DNA from: Planctomycetota bacterium
GTDB taxonomy: Bacteria; Planctomycetota; UBA8108; SXIK01
NCBI GenBank assembly: GCA_965223265.1
Contig: OZ244999.1
Location: 2,176,001-2,240,000, forward strand
DNA: 64,000 nucleotides
Direction: 5' to 3'
The notes beneath the pieces are model-generated. The model did not search any database. It saw only the letters and a list, made by a program, of their open reading frames with translations, and was not told where the DNA came from. Positions 19,074 through 29,423 of this stretch are shown piece after piece (the first letter of the stretch is position 1; the number at the start of each line of letters is the position of its first letter). Both the position numbers and the translations under genes were made by a program.

Positions 19074-20195
19074 TCAGCTGATTTCGAACGCTAGAATGTC
19101 CTTGTTGTGGACGAAGAAAACGTGAGACTCTCCAGCGACGGTGGGGCCGAATCCGACGGAATCTCCGTCCTGAAAGAGCAGTTCAAGCTCGCTGTCGTCA
19201 TCGGCGCGGTAGTAAAACACGTCGTGTTGATGCGATGTCGCCTTGACCCGCAGTAGATAGTCGAATGCTTGAAACGCGGGCTGCGGAATGAAGCTTGTGT
19301 AGTCGATGCGGCTTTCAGCCGGGTCGATTCTATTGAGGAAAGTGCTGAAGTAGAGTGCGCCATCAGGTCCCACGACCGGAGGATGGCAGGCGCGCCCGTG
19401 TGCTGTGCGTGCGTCGAGCTGTTCGCCAAACTCGTCGTACGTCCGTAGCTCCCAATCATCCCACGTCGGCGATTCGTTGGTGCCGACGAGAAGAGCGATA
19501 CGCTGGCCGGAGATCTCGGTGCCGGGGCCACCATGAGAAAGGCGCCAACGCACGTTTCCCTCGAGATCGCTCAGCGCCGACTCGAATCGACCATAGCCCG
19601 TGAGAGTGTAGAAAATGGCGTCGCCGCCCACAGGGAAGAGGCTCGTCAGCGGGCCGAGTTCGCTTTGCCACAGCAGTGAGCCAGCGTGGCTAAAGACGAG
19701 CAGACGACCGACGCCGCTATTGTAGTCGACGGCGCCAACTACGATGCCCTCATCGCGCTCGTAGACGCCCAGGACGACGACGGCACGTACGCTTTCGCCT
19801 AAGGCTTCCCTCAAGCGGTATTTCCAGATCACCTTGCCGTCAATATCCATGGAATAGAGGCGCGTCAACGTTGCAATCAGAGTCCCCGTGCGCAGTGGCA
19901 CTGGCGCGTGGGAGATTTCATGGCGGGTCTTCTGCGTCATCAGAACACGCCCGTCGGCAGTGATGCGGTGGGCCGCATGCAGCGTTGTCGCCAGGAGCTC
20001 GCCGTCGTCGTTCCACGCGACGCCAAGGGCTCGTTCTCCCAAGTCGACTTGCCACAGGACTTTGCCGTCTATGGCCACTGCCTGAACGCCATACGTGGTG
20101 TTCACAGCGACGCCGCGGTTCTCGGGCAAGGCCACGTAGTTCCCGGCGCCGATGTAGTCAGATCGAAGATGAACGTACTTCCGAGACGAGCTCAT
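19074..20195 (-). CDS. Beta-propeller (PQQ-like repeat) protein
   Basis: Repeated DGKVLW, DGKVIW, AGSLLW, EGNVRW, PVVGPDG motifs. Confidence 0.7.
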   Translation of the reverse strand: MSSSRKYVHLRSDYIGAGNYVALPENRGVAVNTTYGVQAVAIDGKVLWQVDLGERALGVAWNDDGELLATTLHAAHRITADGRVLMTQKTRHEISHAPVPLRTGTLIATLTRLYSMDIDGKVIWKYRLREALGESVRAVVVLGVYERDEGIVVGAVDYNSGVGRLLVFSHAGSLLWQSELGPLTSLFPVGGDAIFYTLTGYGRFESALSDLEGNVRWRLSHGGPGTEISGQRIALLVGTNESPTWDDWELRTYDEFGEQLDARTAHGRACHPPVVGPDGALYFSTFLNRIDPAESRIDYTSFIPQPAFQAFDYLLRVKATSHQHDVFYYRADDDSELELLFQDGDSVGFGPTVAGESHVFFVHNKDILAFEIS

Positions 20196-20451
20196 AGCAT
20201 TCCTCGAGTTTGGCTACTTCGCGCCGGCCTGGCCGGACGATTTCGCCGAGATTGCACCACGTTGGAGACTTTTCCTATCTGTCAGATTGGCGGAGGACGT
20301 AGGAACTCGTCGCTTCCGCGACCCTCGTTCAACGCAGCCGCGTAGCGGCGTGTTTCATCACCACGTTTAGTTTCGCCGCTACCGGCCTGAGCTTTAGAGT
20401 CAAAGAGCTCTATCATTCCCGACGCCGTTCACTGCAGTCAAGGGCGTGCTT

Positions 20452-20480
20452 TTGCAACCCCTCTGACTTCCTGCTAAACT
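20452..20480 (+). promoter_or_regulatory. Putative sigma70 promoter of purB
   Basis: TTGCAA-N17-TAAACT with extended TGn. Confidence 0.55.
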
Positions 20481-20622
20481 ACGTCGCCTCGGAAGACATC
20501 GGAGTGTCTTTGGCTGGCCTAACGATCGGCGAAGGAAGCCACTATAGCGGCGATTCGGGCCGTGCGGCACCTACGGTCAGTGGGCGAAACGATGATTCGG
20601 CGCTGCAGAATGACCATGTGAT

Positions 20623-22056
20623 ATGGGCCGAGACCAATACGAAAGCCCGCTGGTTTCCCGATACGCCTCCCGCGAAATGACTTGGAACTTCTCCGATGAG
20701 AAGAAGTTCCAAACTTGGCGACGCCTATGGGTGAGCCTAGCGCGGGCTGAGCAAAAGCTCGGATTGGAAATCTCGGATGAACAGATCGCCGAGATGGAAG
20801 CCCACGTCGAACAGATCGACTACGAGGCGGCGGAGCGCGAGGAAGCGAAAACGCGTCACGACGTGATGGCCCACGTTCGGACATTCGCGGCCTGTGCGCC
20901 GCAGGCCGCACCGATCATTCACCTCGGCGCCACCAGCTGCTTTGTCGGCGACAACACCGACTTGATCTGTATTCGGGATGGCCTTGATCTGCTGCTTCCG
21001 AAGTTGGCGCGCGTGATCGACCGACTGGCGGGCTTCGCGCGGGAGTACCGCGCCCTCGCCACGCTCGGGTTCACGCACTATCAGCCAGCGCAGTTGACCA
21101 CCGTCGGGAAACGAGCCTGCCTTTGGCTTCAGGATCTACTCTTGGATCTAAAGCACCTCGAGTCGCTCCGTCAGGAGTTGCGCTTCCGCGGCGTCAAAGG
21201 CACGACCGGTACGCAGGCGAGCTTCCTAGCTCTTTTCGACGGCGACCATGAGAAGGTTGAACAGCTGGATCAGCTCGTGACAGCGGCGTGGGGATTTGAT
21301 CGAGCCTACCTGGTGACCGGGCAGACCTACAGCCGCAAGGTAGACTGTGATCTCGTCGGTGCCCTGGGCAGCCTCGGCGCTTCGGCCCACAAGTTGTCGA
21401 CCGATGTCCGGCTGCTCGCGAACCTCAAGGAGATCGAGGAGCCCTTCGCGCGCGGTCAAGTGGGGTCCAGTGCGATGGCGTACAAGCGGAACCCCATGCG
21501 CTCCGAGCGTTGCTGCAGTCTGGCACGGCACCTGATGTCGCTGGTCGCGAACGCTCAGCAGACCGCGGCAGTGCAGTGGTTTGAGCGCACTTTGGACGAC
21601 AGCGCCAATCGACGATTGACCCTCGCGGAGAGTTTCCTTGGCGCCGACGCCGTGCTCATCTTGCTGCAGAATATCTGCGAAGGCCTCGTGGTCTACCCGC
21701 GTGTGATCGAGCGCCGCATCGCGGCTGAATTGCCGTTCATGGCCACGGAAAACGTGATCATGGCGATGGTGAAGTGCGGCGGTGATCGACAGGAATGCCA
21801 CGAGCGCATTCGCACGCTCTCCCAGGAGGCCGCCGCGCAGGTGAAAGAGCATGGACTTGAAAACGATCTTTTGGATCGCATCCGTGCCAGTGATTACTTC
21901 GCCCCGATCCATGCCGAGCTCGATGCGATCCTCGATCCGAATGCCTTCATCGGTCGCGCACCTCAGCAGGTTGATCGATTCCTCACCGAGGAGGTCGCGC
22001 CCGCGCTGGAGCGCTATCGAGACCAGCTTGGGGGGGAAAGTAACCTCCGCATCTGA
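20623..22056 (+). CDS. purB: Adenylosuccinate lyase (long, ADSL/ADE13-like type)
   Basis: [43 protein letters not shown]. Confidence 0.97.
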   Translation: MGRDQYESPLVSRYASREMTWNFSDEKKFQTWRRLWVSLARAEQKLGLEISDEQIAEMEAHVEQIDYEAAEREEAKTRHDVMAHVRTFAACAPQAAPIIHLGATSCFVGDNTDLICIRDGLDLLLPKLARVIDRLAGFAREYRALATLGFTHYQPAQLTTVGKRACLWLQDLLLDLKHLESLRQELRFRGVKGTTGTQASFLALFDGDHEKVEQLDQLVTAAWGFDRAYLVTGQTYSRKVDCDLVGALGSLGASAHKLSTDVRLLANLKEIEEPFARGQVGSSAMAYKRNPMRSERCCSLARHLMSLVANAQQTAAVQWFERTLDDSANRRLTLAESFLGADAVLILLQNICEGLVVYPRVIERRIAAELPFMATENVIMAMVKCGGDRQECHERIRTLSQEAAAQVKEHGLENDLLDRIRASDYFAPIHAELDAILDPNAFIGRAPQQVDRFLTEEVAPALERYRDQLGGESNLRI

Positions 22057-22113
22057 GCCGTGTCTCTCCGGTCGAAGGTCGACCGCATCTAGCCGCTGGT
22101 CGAGCGCACGGCG

Positions 22114-22902
22114 CTAGGAAGAGGCTGAAGAGTAGGCTTTGAGCCCTCGGCGCCACAGCCACAACATGAGGGTGAACGCCGCCGCGACGACTCCGACGTT
22201 GTGACCAACCCGCTGTAGGGTGACGCCTTCGAACAGGATGCGTGTGGGGAACGAAGCGATGAGACAGAATGGTAGAAACGTCACGAGAACCCGATGGAGC
22301 CAACCACTGAAGATCTGATCAGGTCGTTCGCTGAACTTGATCATTCCAAAGAGGAGCTGTCGCAAGCCGTACTCCGAGTGAATCCAGAAGACCGGGATCA
22401 TGAAGATGACGTAAATGCACCAGTGAAGGGCACAGCCGAGAACGAGGAGCGAAATGTAGACGGCGATTCCGGTCGCCGGCAAATCGCCCGGGTATCTGGC
22501 CAGAGCCCACCAAAGGATGCCGCAAGCCATGATGAGGTTGAGAAATGAGTTGGCCGCGAATTCGCGAAAACTCAGGAAGAACAAGCTGGAGACGGGACGA
22601 ACGAGATAGTAGTCGAGGTCGCCGCGGTTGATGAGAATCGGCAGCATCCACATGTTGTTTGCAAACACCGTCATGTGGAGCGCGTCGACGAAGAAGAATC
22701 CAGAGATGAACACCAGCGACTCGTCGAGTCCCCAGCCGGCTATGCTGCCGGTGTGAAGATAGAGGACAGAGAAGAATGTCAGGTTCACGGCATAGAACGC
22801 GAGGTCCATGACGACGCGAAAGAAGAAATCGACACGGAACTCCATCGCGCGGCTGAACGAAAACCGTAGGAAACAAGCGTAGAGTCGCAAGTAGCGAATC
22901 AT
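22114..22902 (-). CDS. ABC-2 type permease (DUF990-like)
   Basis: MEFRVDFF, GDLDYYLVRPVS, C-terminal GLKAYSSASS; multi-TM. Confidence 0.88.
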   Translation of the reverse strand: MIRYLRLYACFLRFSFSRAMEFRVDFFFRVVMDLAFYAVNLTFFSVLYLHTGSIAGWGLDESLVFISGFFFVDALHMTVFANNMWMLPILINRGDLDYYLVRPVSSLFFLSFREFAANSFLNLIMACGILWWALARYPGDLPATGIAVYISLLVLGCALHWCIYVIFMIPVFWIHSEYGLRQLLFGMIKFSERPDQIFSGWLHRVLVTFLPFCLIASFPTRILFEGVTLQRVGHNVGVVAAAFTLMLWLWRRGLKAYSSASS

Positions 22903-23714
22903 CAGATGCCAACGCCGGAGTACGTGAGCTCACCACGCCGCCAAAGAGCTCGACCGAAGAGAATCAGCACGCCACACCAGCACAGCGCGATCAAGATCCC
23001 CTGGGCCCATTCCTGCGGCGAAATTTTGCCGAGCAGCGTGTTGACTGGGTATGAGAAAAGATATGGAAACGGCAGCCACGACAGGAGCGTGTGACTCCAA
23101 GTCGGAAAGAGACTGAGCGGCAGAAAAAGCCCGCCCAGAAGTGAGCCGACGAAGCGCATGAGGACACTTAGGCTCCAGACGTTGTCAGCCCAGAACGCGA
23201 CGGTTTGCACGGGGTAGGTGAGAAGAAACGCCAGTAGATTGGCTACCGCGACCGACACCGCGCAGCGAACGACTGCCCAAGTCGTGACCGTGATCTCGGA
23301 CGGAAAGTCGAGGGTCAGAGCAAAGAGAGTTCCAAACACCGTGATTTGAACGAGTCCTGGAAAGTGTGCACCCAGGTGCTGGGCGTATTTGAACAGCGCG
23401 TAGGACGTGGGGTAGACCAGGTAGCGAGATAGTTCGCCTTGATAGATGTCGTTCGCTAGCGTCAGGGCTAGGTCTGGGCCTTGGATGACCCGCCCGAGAA
23501 GCGCCGCCAGAATGTAGTAGAGCACCATTCCAGATAGCGTATAGCCGCCGATCTCCTCGTTTGGCGACGCATCGAAAATCGCCCGCCAAAGAAAATAAGG
23601 GATGACGATTCCAGCGATTAACCCGACGACGGCGTTGAGCCAAAAATCGACCCGATAACTCATCATTCGGCGCGCTTCCGTCGTGAATACGTGGAGAAAG
23701 AGCCTGATCCTCAT
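22902..23714 (-). CDS. ABC-2 type permease (DUF990-like)
   Basis: YRVDFW, IYQGELSRYLVYP, GGLFLPLSLFP, WRRG...YSGVG. Confidence 0.88.
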   Translation of the reverse strand: MRIRLFLHVFTTEARRMMSYRVDFWLNAVVGLIAGIVIPYFLWRAIFDASPNEEIGGYTLSGMVLYYILAALLGRVIQGPDLALTLANDIYQGELSRYLVYPTSYALFKYAQHLGAHFPGLVQITVFGTLFALTLDFPSEITVTTWAVVRCAVSVAVANLLAFLLTYPVQTVAFWADNVWSLSVLMRFVGSLLGGLFLPLSLFPTWSHTLLSWLPFPYLFSYPVNTLLGKISPQEWAQGILIALCWCGVLILFGRALWRRGELTYSGVGI

Positions 23715-24706
23715 GCCCCTTCTCCCTGCGACGTCTGAATCCGTTCGATGAGCGCGCCGATTTCGATTTCTTCGATCGAGAGGTCGGCAACGCGGAAGCG
23801 CTCAAGGATCAAACCGGCCGCTCGCGTAACGTTGCGGCGATCGACCGCTACCTTGAGTGTCGCACCGTTCCATTCGAGCACCTCCCCGAGGCTGTCGATC
23901 TGAGCATCCTTGGCTGGCCGGTTGCCGTCGTCGTCATGGAGATGCGCCGTGATAATCTTTTCATTTGCATAGCGGTCCACGACTTCGCGAAGTCCCCCGT
24001 CGTACACGAGCTCGCCATCGCGCAGAATGAGAATGCGTCGACACAGTTTCTCTATGTCGTCCATGTAGTGACTGGTGACGATCATCGCCGGGTTGTACTC
24101 TTCGCGATACTGGAGAATGAAGTCGCGGATCATTCTCTGTGCGGTCAGATCGAGTCCGATCGTCGGCTCGTCGAGATAGACGACACGAGGCGAGTGGAGG
24201 AGCGCTGCGATCAACTCCATTTTCATTCTCTCGCCGAGGGATAGGCGGCGGATCTGTACCGTGATCTCCTGTTCGACACCCAGAAGGCTGGTGAGTCGCG
24301 CGAGGTTTCGATGGTAGTCGGCATCCGGGATCTGATAGATCTCTTTGAGGAGAAGGAAACTGTCGGCGGCTGGAAGATCCCACCATAGCTGCGCCTTTTG
24401 CCCCATGATCAGCGCAATCTGTCGGCGCATACGCTGGTCTCGGCGCCACGGGTCGTACCCGAGGACGCGTGACGTACCGGAAGTAGGGTGTACGATGCCG
24501 GCGAGCATCTTGACCAACGTCGTCTTGCCTGCGCCATTGGCACCGACGAGACCAACGATTTCTCCTTCGCCGATCGAGAATGACACGTTGTCGACTGCGA
24601 CTTTGGCGACGCGCTGGCGCACGAACAACGATTTGAGGGAAGCGAGGAGACCTGGGTCTTTGCGGTGGACGTAATAGGTCTTGGAGAGGTTTTCGACCTC
24701 GATCAT
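23711..24706 (-). CDS. ABC exporter ATP-binding subunit
   Basis: GANGAGKTT, LSLGERMK, YLDEPTIGLD, TSH. Confidence 0.93.
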   Translation of the reverse strand: MIEVENLSKTYYVHRKDPGLLASLKSLFVRQRVAKVAVDNVSFSIGEGEIVGLVGANGAGKTTLVKMLAGIVHPTSGTSRVLGYDPWRRDQRMRRQIALIMGQKAQLWWDLPAADSFLLLKEIYQIPDADYHRNLARLTSLLGVEQEITVQIRRLSLGERMKMELIAALLHSPRVVYLDEPTIGLDLTAQRMIRDFILQYREEYNPAMIVTSHYMDDIEKLCRRILILRDGELVYDGGLREVVDRYANEKIITAHLHDDDGNRPAKDAQIDSLGEVLEWNGATLKVAVDRRNVTRAAGLILERFRVADLSIEEIEIGALIERIQTSQGEGA

Positions 24707-24927
24707 GGCGGTACGTAGGGGTGCGGCGGGGCGGATGCAGGCCGAATCGACGTGATTCCCCGAATTGGGGAGCGGCTGGCCGAGCGGCGGGCCAACGGCA
24801 AGGCCGAGCGAATCTTACCGCTTTGCCACCAAGGCGTCACCTGACAATGCGGTGGCGCGAGTACATGCCGCACGGAGAGGCTGTGAGTTCTTTGAAACGA
24901 GCCATCGTAACTCACGGACATTTCCGG

Positions 24928-25008
24928 ACGGCACACAGGAGTGTGCCTGCTACTTTAAACAACGAGTCTGCGGCGGTCTATAGTAGCAGGCACACTCCTG
25001 TGTGCCGT
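24928..25008. repeat. Inverted REP doublet (REPIN-like), GTAG family
   Basis: Perfect 27-bp inverted repeat 24928-24954 / 24982-25008 (AGTAGCAGGCACACTCCTGTGTGCCGT), each arm containing the palindrome GGCACAC-N4-GTGTGCC next to GTAG. Confidence 0.85.
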
Positions 25009-25288
25009 TCCGAAGGTGTGCGCGAAGCGCTCCGTTCTTCGCGAGCCTGCGACTCCATCGTGCCAGGACCCTCTCACGGTGAGGTCGTGGACGTATTCGG
25101 CGGTGGATAGTGGGAGATCACCGGCTTTCTTTTCTGGAAGGTGACCGGATCGCTCGCGAGCAATGGTGCAGGTGCCGAGTCCGTCGTTCGAAAGATGATC
25201 AAGCGGTAGACTCCTCTCAGTGCCGATAAAAGTCGACTCAGGTTTGCCGCTGTCCTGAAACGCCCGACTGATTCAGAATGGAGCCCTT

Positions 25289-26038
25289 ATGAAAATCCTC
25301 GTTACTCTGAAGCGCACACCGCATCGCGATACGCGTTTGAAGATGACTTCCGACGGAGCGCTGGAGCTCGAGGGCGTACAGTTCGAGGTGAATCCGTTCG
25401 ACGAGCTAGCGATTGAGGAGGCGCTGCGGATCAAGGAACAGGGTCTCGCGACAGAAGTCGTCGTCGCCACGGTAGGTGGTGTGGAATCGCAGGAGCAATT
25501 GATCGCTGCTTTAGCGATGGGAGCCGACCGGGCCGTTCGCGTTGATGTGAGCGACACGCTCGACGCGCTTCAGATCGCAAAGATCCTGGCGGCGATCGTG
25601 AAGCGTGAATCTCCCGCCCTTGTTCTCTCGGGGAAACTAGCCATCGACGATGAATGTGGCCAGGTCCCTCTCATGCTCGCCTCGCTACTTGGATGGCCGA
25701 GCGCCAGTCAGGCGTCGAAAATCGAATGTGCCGGCAATGGCTCGACCGCCCGCGTCAGCTGCGAGGTCGACGCTGGGATCGAGACCGTCGAGCTCACTCT
25801 GCCGGCATTGATCACCGCGGATCTGCGCCTCAACGAACCGCGCTACGCGTCGCTACCGGGAATCATGAAGGCGAAGAAGAAGCCGATGGAAATGTTGACG
25901 ATGGCAGACTGCGGTGAAGTTGGAGGACCACGTCACCACGTCGTCAACTACAGCAGTCTGCCAACTCGAGCCAGCGGTCAGCGAGTCGAAGATGTCGAGA
26001 CACTCGCGGCGGCCTTGGCGGCGAGAAGACCGTCGTGA
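25289..26038 (+). CDS. etfB: Electron transfer flavoprotein beta subunit
   Basis: NPFDELAIEEALRIKE, ALAMGADRA, GKLAIDD, DLRLNEPRYASLPGIMKAKKK. Confidence 0.95.
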   Translation: MKILVTLKRTPHRDTRLKMTSDGALELEGVQFEVNPFDELAIEEALRIKEQGLATEVVVATVGGVESQEQLIAALAMGADRAVRVDVSDTLDALQIAKILAAIVKRESPALVLSGKLAIDDECGQVPLMLASLLGWPSASQASKIECAGNGSTARVSCEVDAGIETVELTLPALITADLRLNEPRYASLPGIMKAKKKPMEMLTMADCGEVGGPRHHVVNYSSLPTRASGQRVEDVETLAAALAARRPS

Positions 26039-26042
26039 GGGC

Positions 26043-27053
26043 ATGATGAGCATCGACGCGCTGGCAATCCTTGGTCCGTGCAGCCCAGAAAGTGACGCTG
26101 CACCGCGAAAGAGTGACCGAGCGGCTCTCGGTTTTGCGCAGGACTTCGTGAGTCAAACGGAAGGGGAGTTCGACGTCCTCAGCATCGGGCCGCACGCCGG
26201 GTCGTGGCTCGACGCGGTGCGACGATTCGGGGCACGGAAGGTCTACGTCGCCGATCACCATGATCTGCAACCCTACACCGCGGAGGGGTATGAAGCTGCG
26301 GCAGCTCAGCACATTGCGGCACACACATATCGCTGCGTCGTCGCGGCGACGACGTCGCCAGCTCGGGAGTTTCTGCCGCGGCTCGCCGCTCGTCTTGACG
26401 CGCCCATGGCGACCGACGTTGTCGCCCTCGGCGAGACGACGCCCGAAGCCGTCCGTCTCACTCGCGCGGTCTTTGTCGGCAACTTGCTTGCGACCGTCGA
26501 GATGCGCGGTCCGAATGGCGTAGTGACCTGCCGGCCGTCTGAGTTCACAGGCTCAGAGACGAGCGAGATGTCGCCGCATGCGTCCGTCGAACTCAATTCT
26601 CCACTGGTGCACGCCCGCAAGTCGAACGTCGTGCTCGAAGCCGCATGCTCGACGCGTCCTGATCTCAAAGAAGCCGAGGTCGTTGTGTCGATCGGTCGCG
26701 GCGCTAAAGGGGACGAAGGGGTCGCCCTTGCGGGAGAGCTTGCAGATTGCCTTGGCGGGGCGCTCGGCGCGACTCGCGCGGTTGTCGACGCCGGCTGGCT
26801 GCCGAACGAACTGCAGGTGGGCCAGACTGGAAAGATCGTCGCTCCGGATGTTTACATCGCGATCGGACTGTCCGGTTCTATCCAGCATCTGGCCGGCATG
26901 CGAAACTCGAAGTTTATTGTGGCGATCAACAAGGACCCAGACGCACCGATTTTTGGTGTCGCCGACATCGGTCTCGTTGCAGACCTTTTCCAAGCGGTAC
27001 CGGAATTGACGCGACAGCTGCGCCAGCGGGAGAAGAGTCATGGCGGCGGTTAA
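26043..27053 (+). CDS. etfA: Electron transfer flavoprotein alpha subunit
   Basis: [47 protein letters not shown]. Confidence 0.95.
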   Translation: MMSIDALAILGPCSPESDAAPRKSDRAALGFAQDFVSQTEGEFDVLSIGPHAGSWLDAVRRFGARKVYVADHHDLQPYTAEGYEAAAAQHIAAHTYRCVVAATTSPAREFLPRLAARLDAPMATDVVALGETTPEAVRLTRAVFVGNLLATVEMRGPNGVVTCRPSEFTGSETSEMSPHASVELNSPLVHARKSNVVLEAACSTRPDLKEAEVVVSIGRGAKGDEGVALAGELADCLGGALGATRAVVDAGWLPNELQVGQTGKIVAPDVYIAIGLSGSIQHLAGMRNSKFIVAINKDPDAPIFGVADIGLVADLFQAVPELTRQLRQREKSHGGG

Positions 27054-27176
27054 GGTTCGCGCCGCTACACTGGAGAATGGGCGCCACGCCGCACGATCCC
27101 GCGCTCATGACAGCGTGCGTCGCGCGATCGTTGCGAGCGTGGTCGAGCCGTCACTGACGAGCCGCCGGCGATCTAC

Positions 27177-29249
27177 GTGAACCCTCAAGACATCACTCGC
27201 GAGATCCTTTGGAATGTGCCGGCCTGGGCGCAGTGGCTCTTCTACGGCATGACGCTTGTCGCCGCCAGCGTCTGCGTCGGCGGCTATGTGCGGCGCTGGC
27301 GGGCGTGGCGACGCGGTCGGCCGGTGGCGCAGACCCTCGCACGGGAGTCGCTGTCGACGCGCGTCCTGACCTTTCTCGCGCAAGCGGTGTTCCACGTAAA
27401 GATCTGGCGATCCGGGCTTGCCGGTTGGAGCCACGCAGCGATTTTTTGGGGCTTCGTAGTCCTTTTCATCGGGACGTGCATCGTGGCGGTCGAGCACTAC
27501 GGTGCGGCGATTTTTGGGGTCACGCCGTTCGTTTTCTACGGCGACTTTTACCTGGTCGTATCCTGCGCGCTCGATCTCTTTGGTTGCATCTTTCTGGCAG
27601 GAGTGGTGGGGGCTGCGATCCGACGGATCAGCGAGAGTCGCTTGCGGCCACTTCGCAGACGGATCGACATCGCAATTCTTCTCTTGTTCATTGGGCTCGG
27701 ATTGACTGGCTTTGTGACCGAAGGGTTGAGAATCGCCGCGCAGCCGGGAGGACTTGAGGCAGCTACCTTTGAGCGTTGGTCGTTCGTCGGTTGGGCGCTC
27801 GCGCACGCAGTTTCCGGACTTGAGTCGGACGTTCTCCGCGGCGCACACCTGGCGATTTGGCTGTTCCACGCCATGTTGTCGCTTGCCTTCATCGCCCTAT
27901 TGCCGTTTTGCAAGCTGCGACACATCGTGATCGCTCCGTTTCATCTTTTCTCACGACCGAATCGTCGTGTCGGCACACTCTCAAGAGTTTCGATGGAGGA
28001 GGTCGAGGCCGAAGAGCGCTATGGTGTTTCCCAGGTCGAGCACTTCACGCGCGACCAGCTACGCAGCTTCGACACGTGCACCGAGTGCGCTCGCTGCCAC
28101 AACGTCTGCCCCGCATCGCAAAGCGGTAAACCGCTCTCACCCATGCGCTTGGTCACGAAGCTCGCGGCCGCAACGCAGACGGCGAATGCGGGGTCGGAAC
28201 CTCGCGGGGAATCAGACTCTGAGGCGGCGACGACGCTCCACGGCGAAATCGTCGGCGAGGAGGAGTTGTGGGCCTGCACTACGTGCGCTGCGTGCGTCGA
28301 CGAGTGCCCTGTGATGATCGATCAGCTCGAGGCGATCGTCGACCTGAGGAGATTCCTCGTCGGTGAAGGCATGATCCGTGGAAGTGCCCAGGCGGCGCTG
28401 CGTTCGAGCGCCGCGGGCAACCCTTGGGGGCTGCCTCAGTCCGAGCGGCTTGCTTGGGCCGAAGGATTGGAGGTGCCGACCTTAGCGGACGAACCCGAGC
28501 CGGAGGTTCTCCTCTGGGTCGGCTGCGCAGGAAGCTTCGACCGGCGCAGCCAACGAGTATCCCGCGCTCTAGTGAAGATCCTGCGCTGCGCTGGCGTCAA
28601 GTTCGCGGTTCTTGGCGAGTGCGAGCGGTGCACGGGAGACCCGGCTCGGCGTCTCGGCGATGAGTTCACCTTTGCGGCGCTGGCGGAGGAAAACGTCGCG
28701 TCACTGAATGCGACCGGTGTGCGAAAGATCCTGACCACGTGCCCGCACTGTTTCAATTCGCTCAAGAACGACTATCCGAGTGTCGGCGGAAACTATGACG
28801 TCGTTCATCACTCGCAGTATGTTCGGGATCTCTTGGAAACCGGCCGGTTGCGTTTGCGTGAAAGCAACGAGTCAGTAGCGCGGACCGTTGCCTACCATGA
28901 CGCTTGCTACCTTGGCCGCCACAATGGTGAGTACGACGCGCCGAGGGACTTGATCGCGGCTGCAGGCGCTACGACCGTTGAGGCGGAAGCGTCGCGGCGG
29001 CAGGGGCTGTGCTGCGGTGCCGGGGGTGGGCGTATGTGGATGGAGGAGGCACCTGAGCAGCGCGTCAATGCGGCGCGCTGGAAGCAGCTTGAGGTCCTGA
29101 CTCCCGACGTCGTGACTGTGTCTTGTCCGTTCTGTATGACGATGCTCACTGACGCAGCGCAGCAGAAGGAGAGCGGGATTGACGTCAAGGACATCGCCGA
29201 GATCGTCGCCGAGAAGTTGGCCCCTGCCGACGGATCCGAGGTGTCGTGA
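27177..29249 (+). CDS. fadF: FadF-like membrane Fe-S oxidoreductase (NarI-like TM domain, 2x[4Fe-4S], CCG domains)
   Basis: TM region with His (WSHAAIFWGF, LFHAM, KLRH); CTECARC...CP, CTTCAAC...CP; TCPHC, YHDACYL, CCGAGGG, SCPFC. Confidence 0.8.
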   Translation: MNPQDITREILWNVPAWAQWLFYGMTLVAASVCVGGYVRRWRAWRRGRPVAQTLARESLSTRVLTFLAQAVFHVKIWRSGLAGWSHAAIFWGFVVLFIGTCIVAVEHYGAAIFGVTPFVFYGDFYLVVSCALDLFGCIFLAGVVGAAIRRISESRLRPLRRRIDIAILLLFIGLGLTGFVTEGLRIAAQPGGLEAATFERWSFVGWALAHAVSGLESDVLRGAHLAIWLFHAMLSLAFIALLPFCKLRHIVIAPFHLFSRPNRRVGTLSRVSMEEVEAEERYGVSQVEHFTRDQLRSFDTCTECARCHNVCPASQSGKPLSPMRLVTKLAAATQTANAGSEPRGESDSEAATTLHGEIVGEEELWACTTCAACVDECPVMIDQLEAIVDLRRFLVGEGMIRGSAQAALRSSAAGNPWGLPQSERLAWAEGLEVPTLADEPEPEVLLWVGCAGSFDRRSQRVSRALVKILRCAGVKFAVLGECERCTGDPARRLGDEFTFAALAEENVASLNATGVRKILTTCPHCFNSLKNDYPSVGGNYDVVHHSQYVRDLLETGRLRLRESNESVARTVAYHDACYLGRHNGEYDAPRDLIAAAGATTVEAEASRRQGLCCGAGGGRMWMEEAPEQRVNAARWKQLEVLTPDVVTVSCPFCMTMLTDAAQQKESGIDVKDIAEIVAEKLAPADGSEVS

Positions 29250-29423
29250 AGGACGGAAACGATCTCATGTCCGAGTCGCCGTGCACGACTTAGCCGCACC
29301 GTCTCGAGGCGTTGAGGGCGCACGCCGTTTTGATCGTCGCGCTTTCGCAGCGGATGGCGGCGATTGCGCGCTAGTGAACGGGCGCACCGATGCCGCGTCG
29401 AACGACAAATGCGCGTCGCACGA

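Noticed and set aside
20481-20622. Purine-related riboswitch (ZTP, PRPP, guanine) in purB leader
   Set aside because: Only a small hairpin (AAGACAT-CGGA-GTGTCTT) seen; conserved aptamer motifs not recognised; an Rfam scan would settle it
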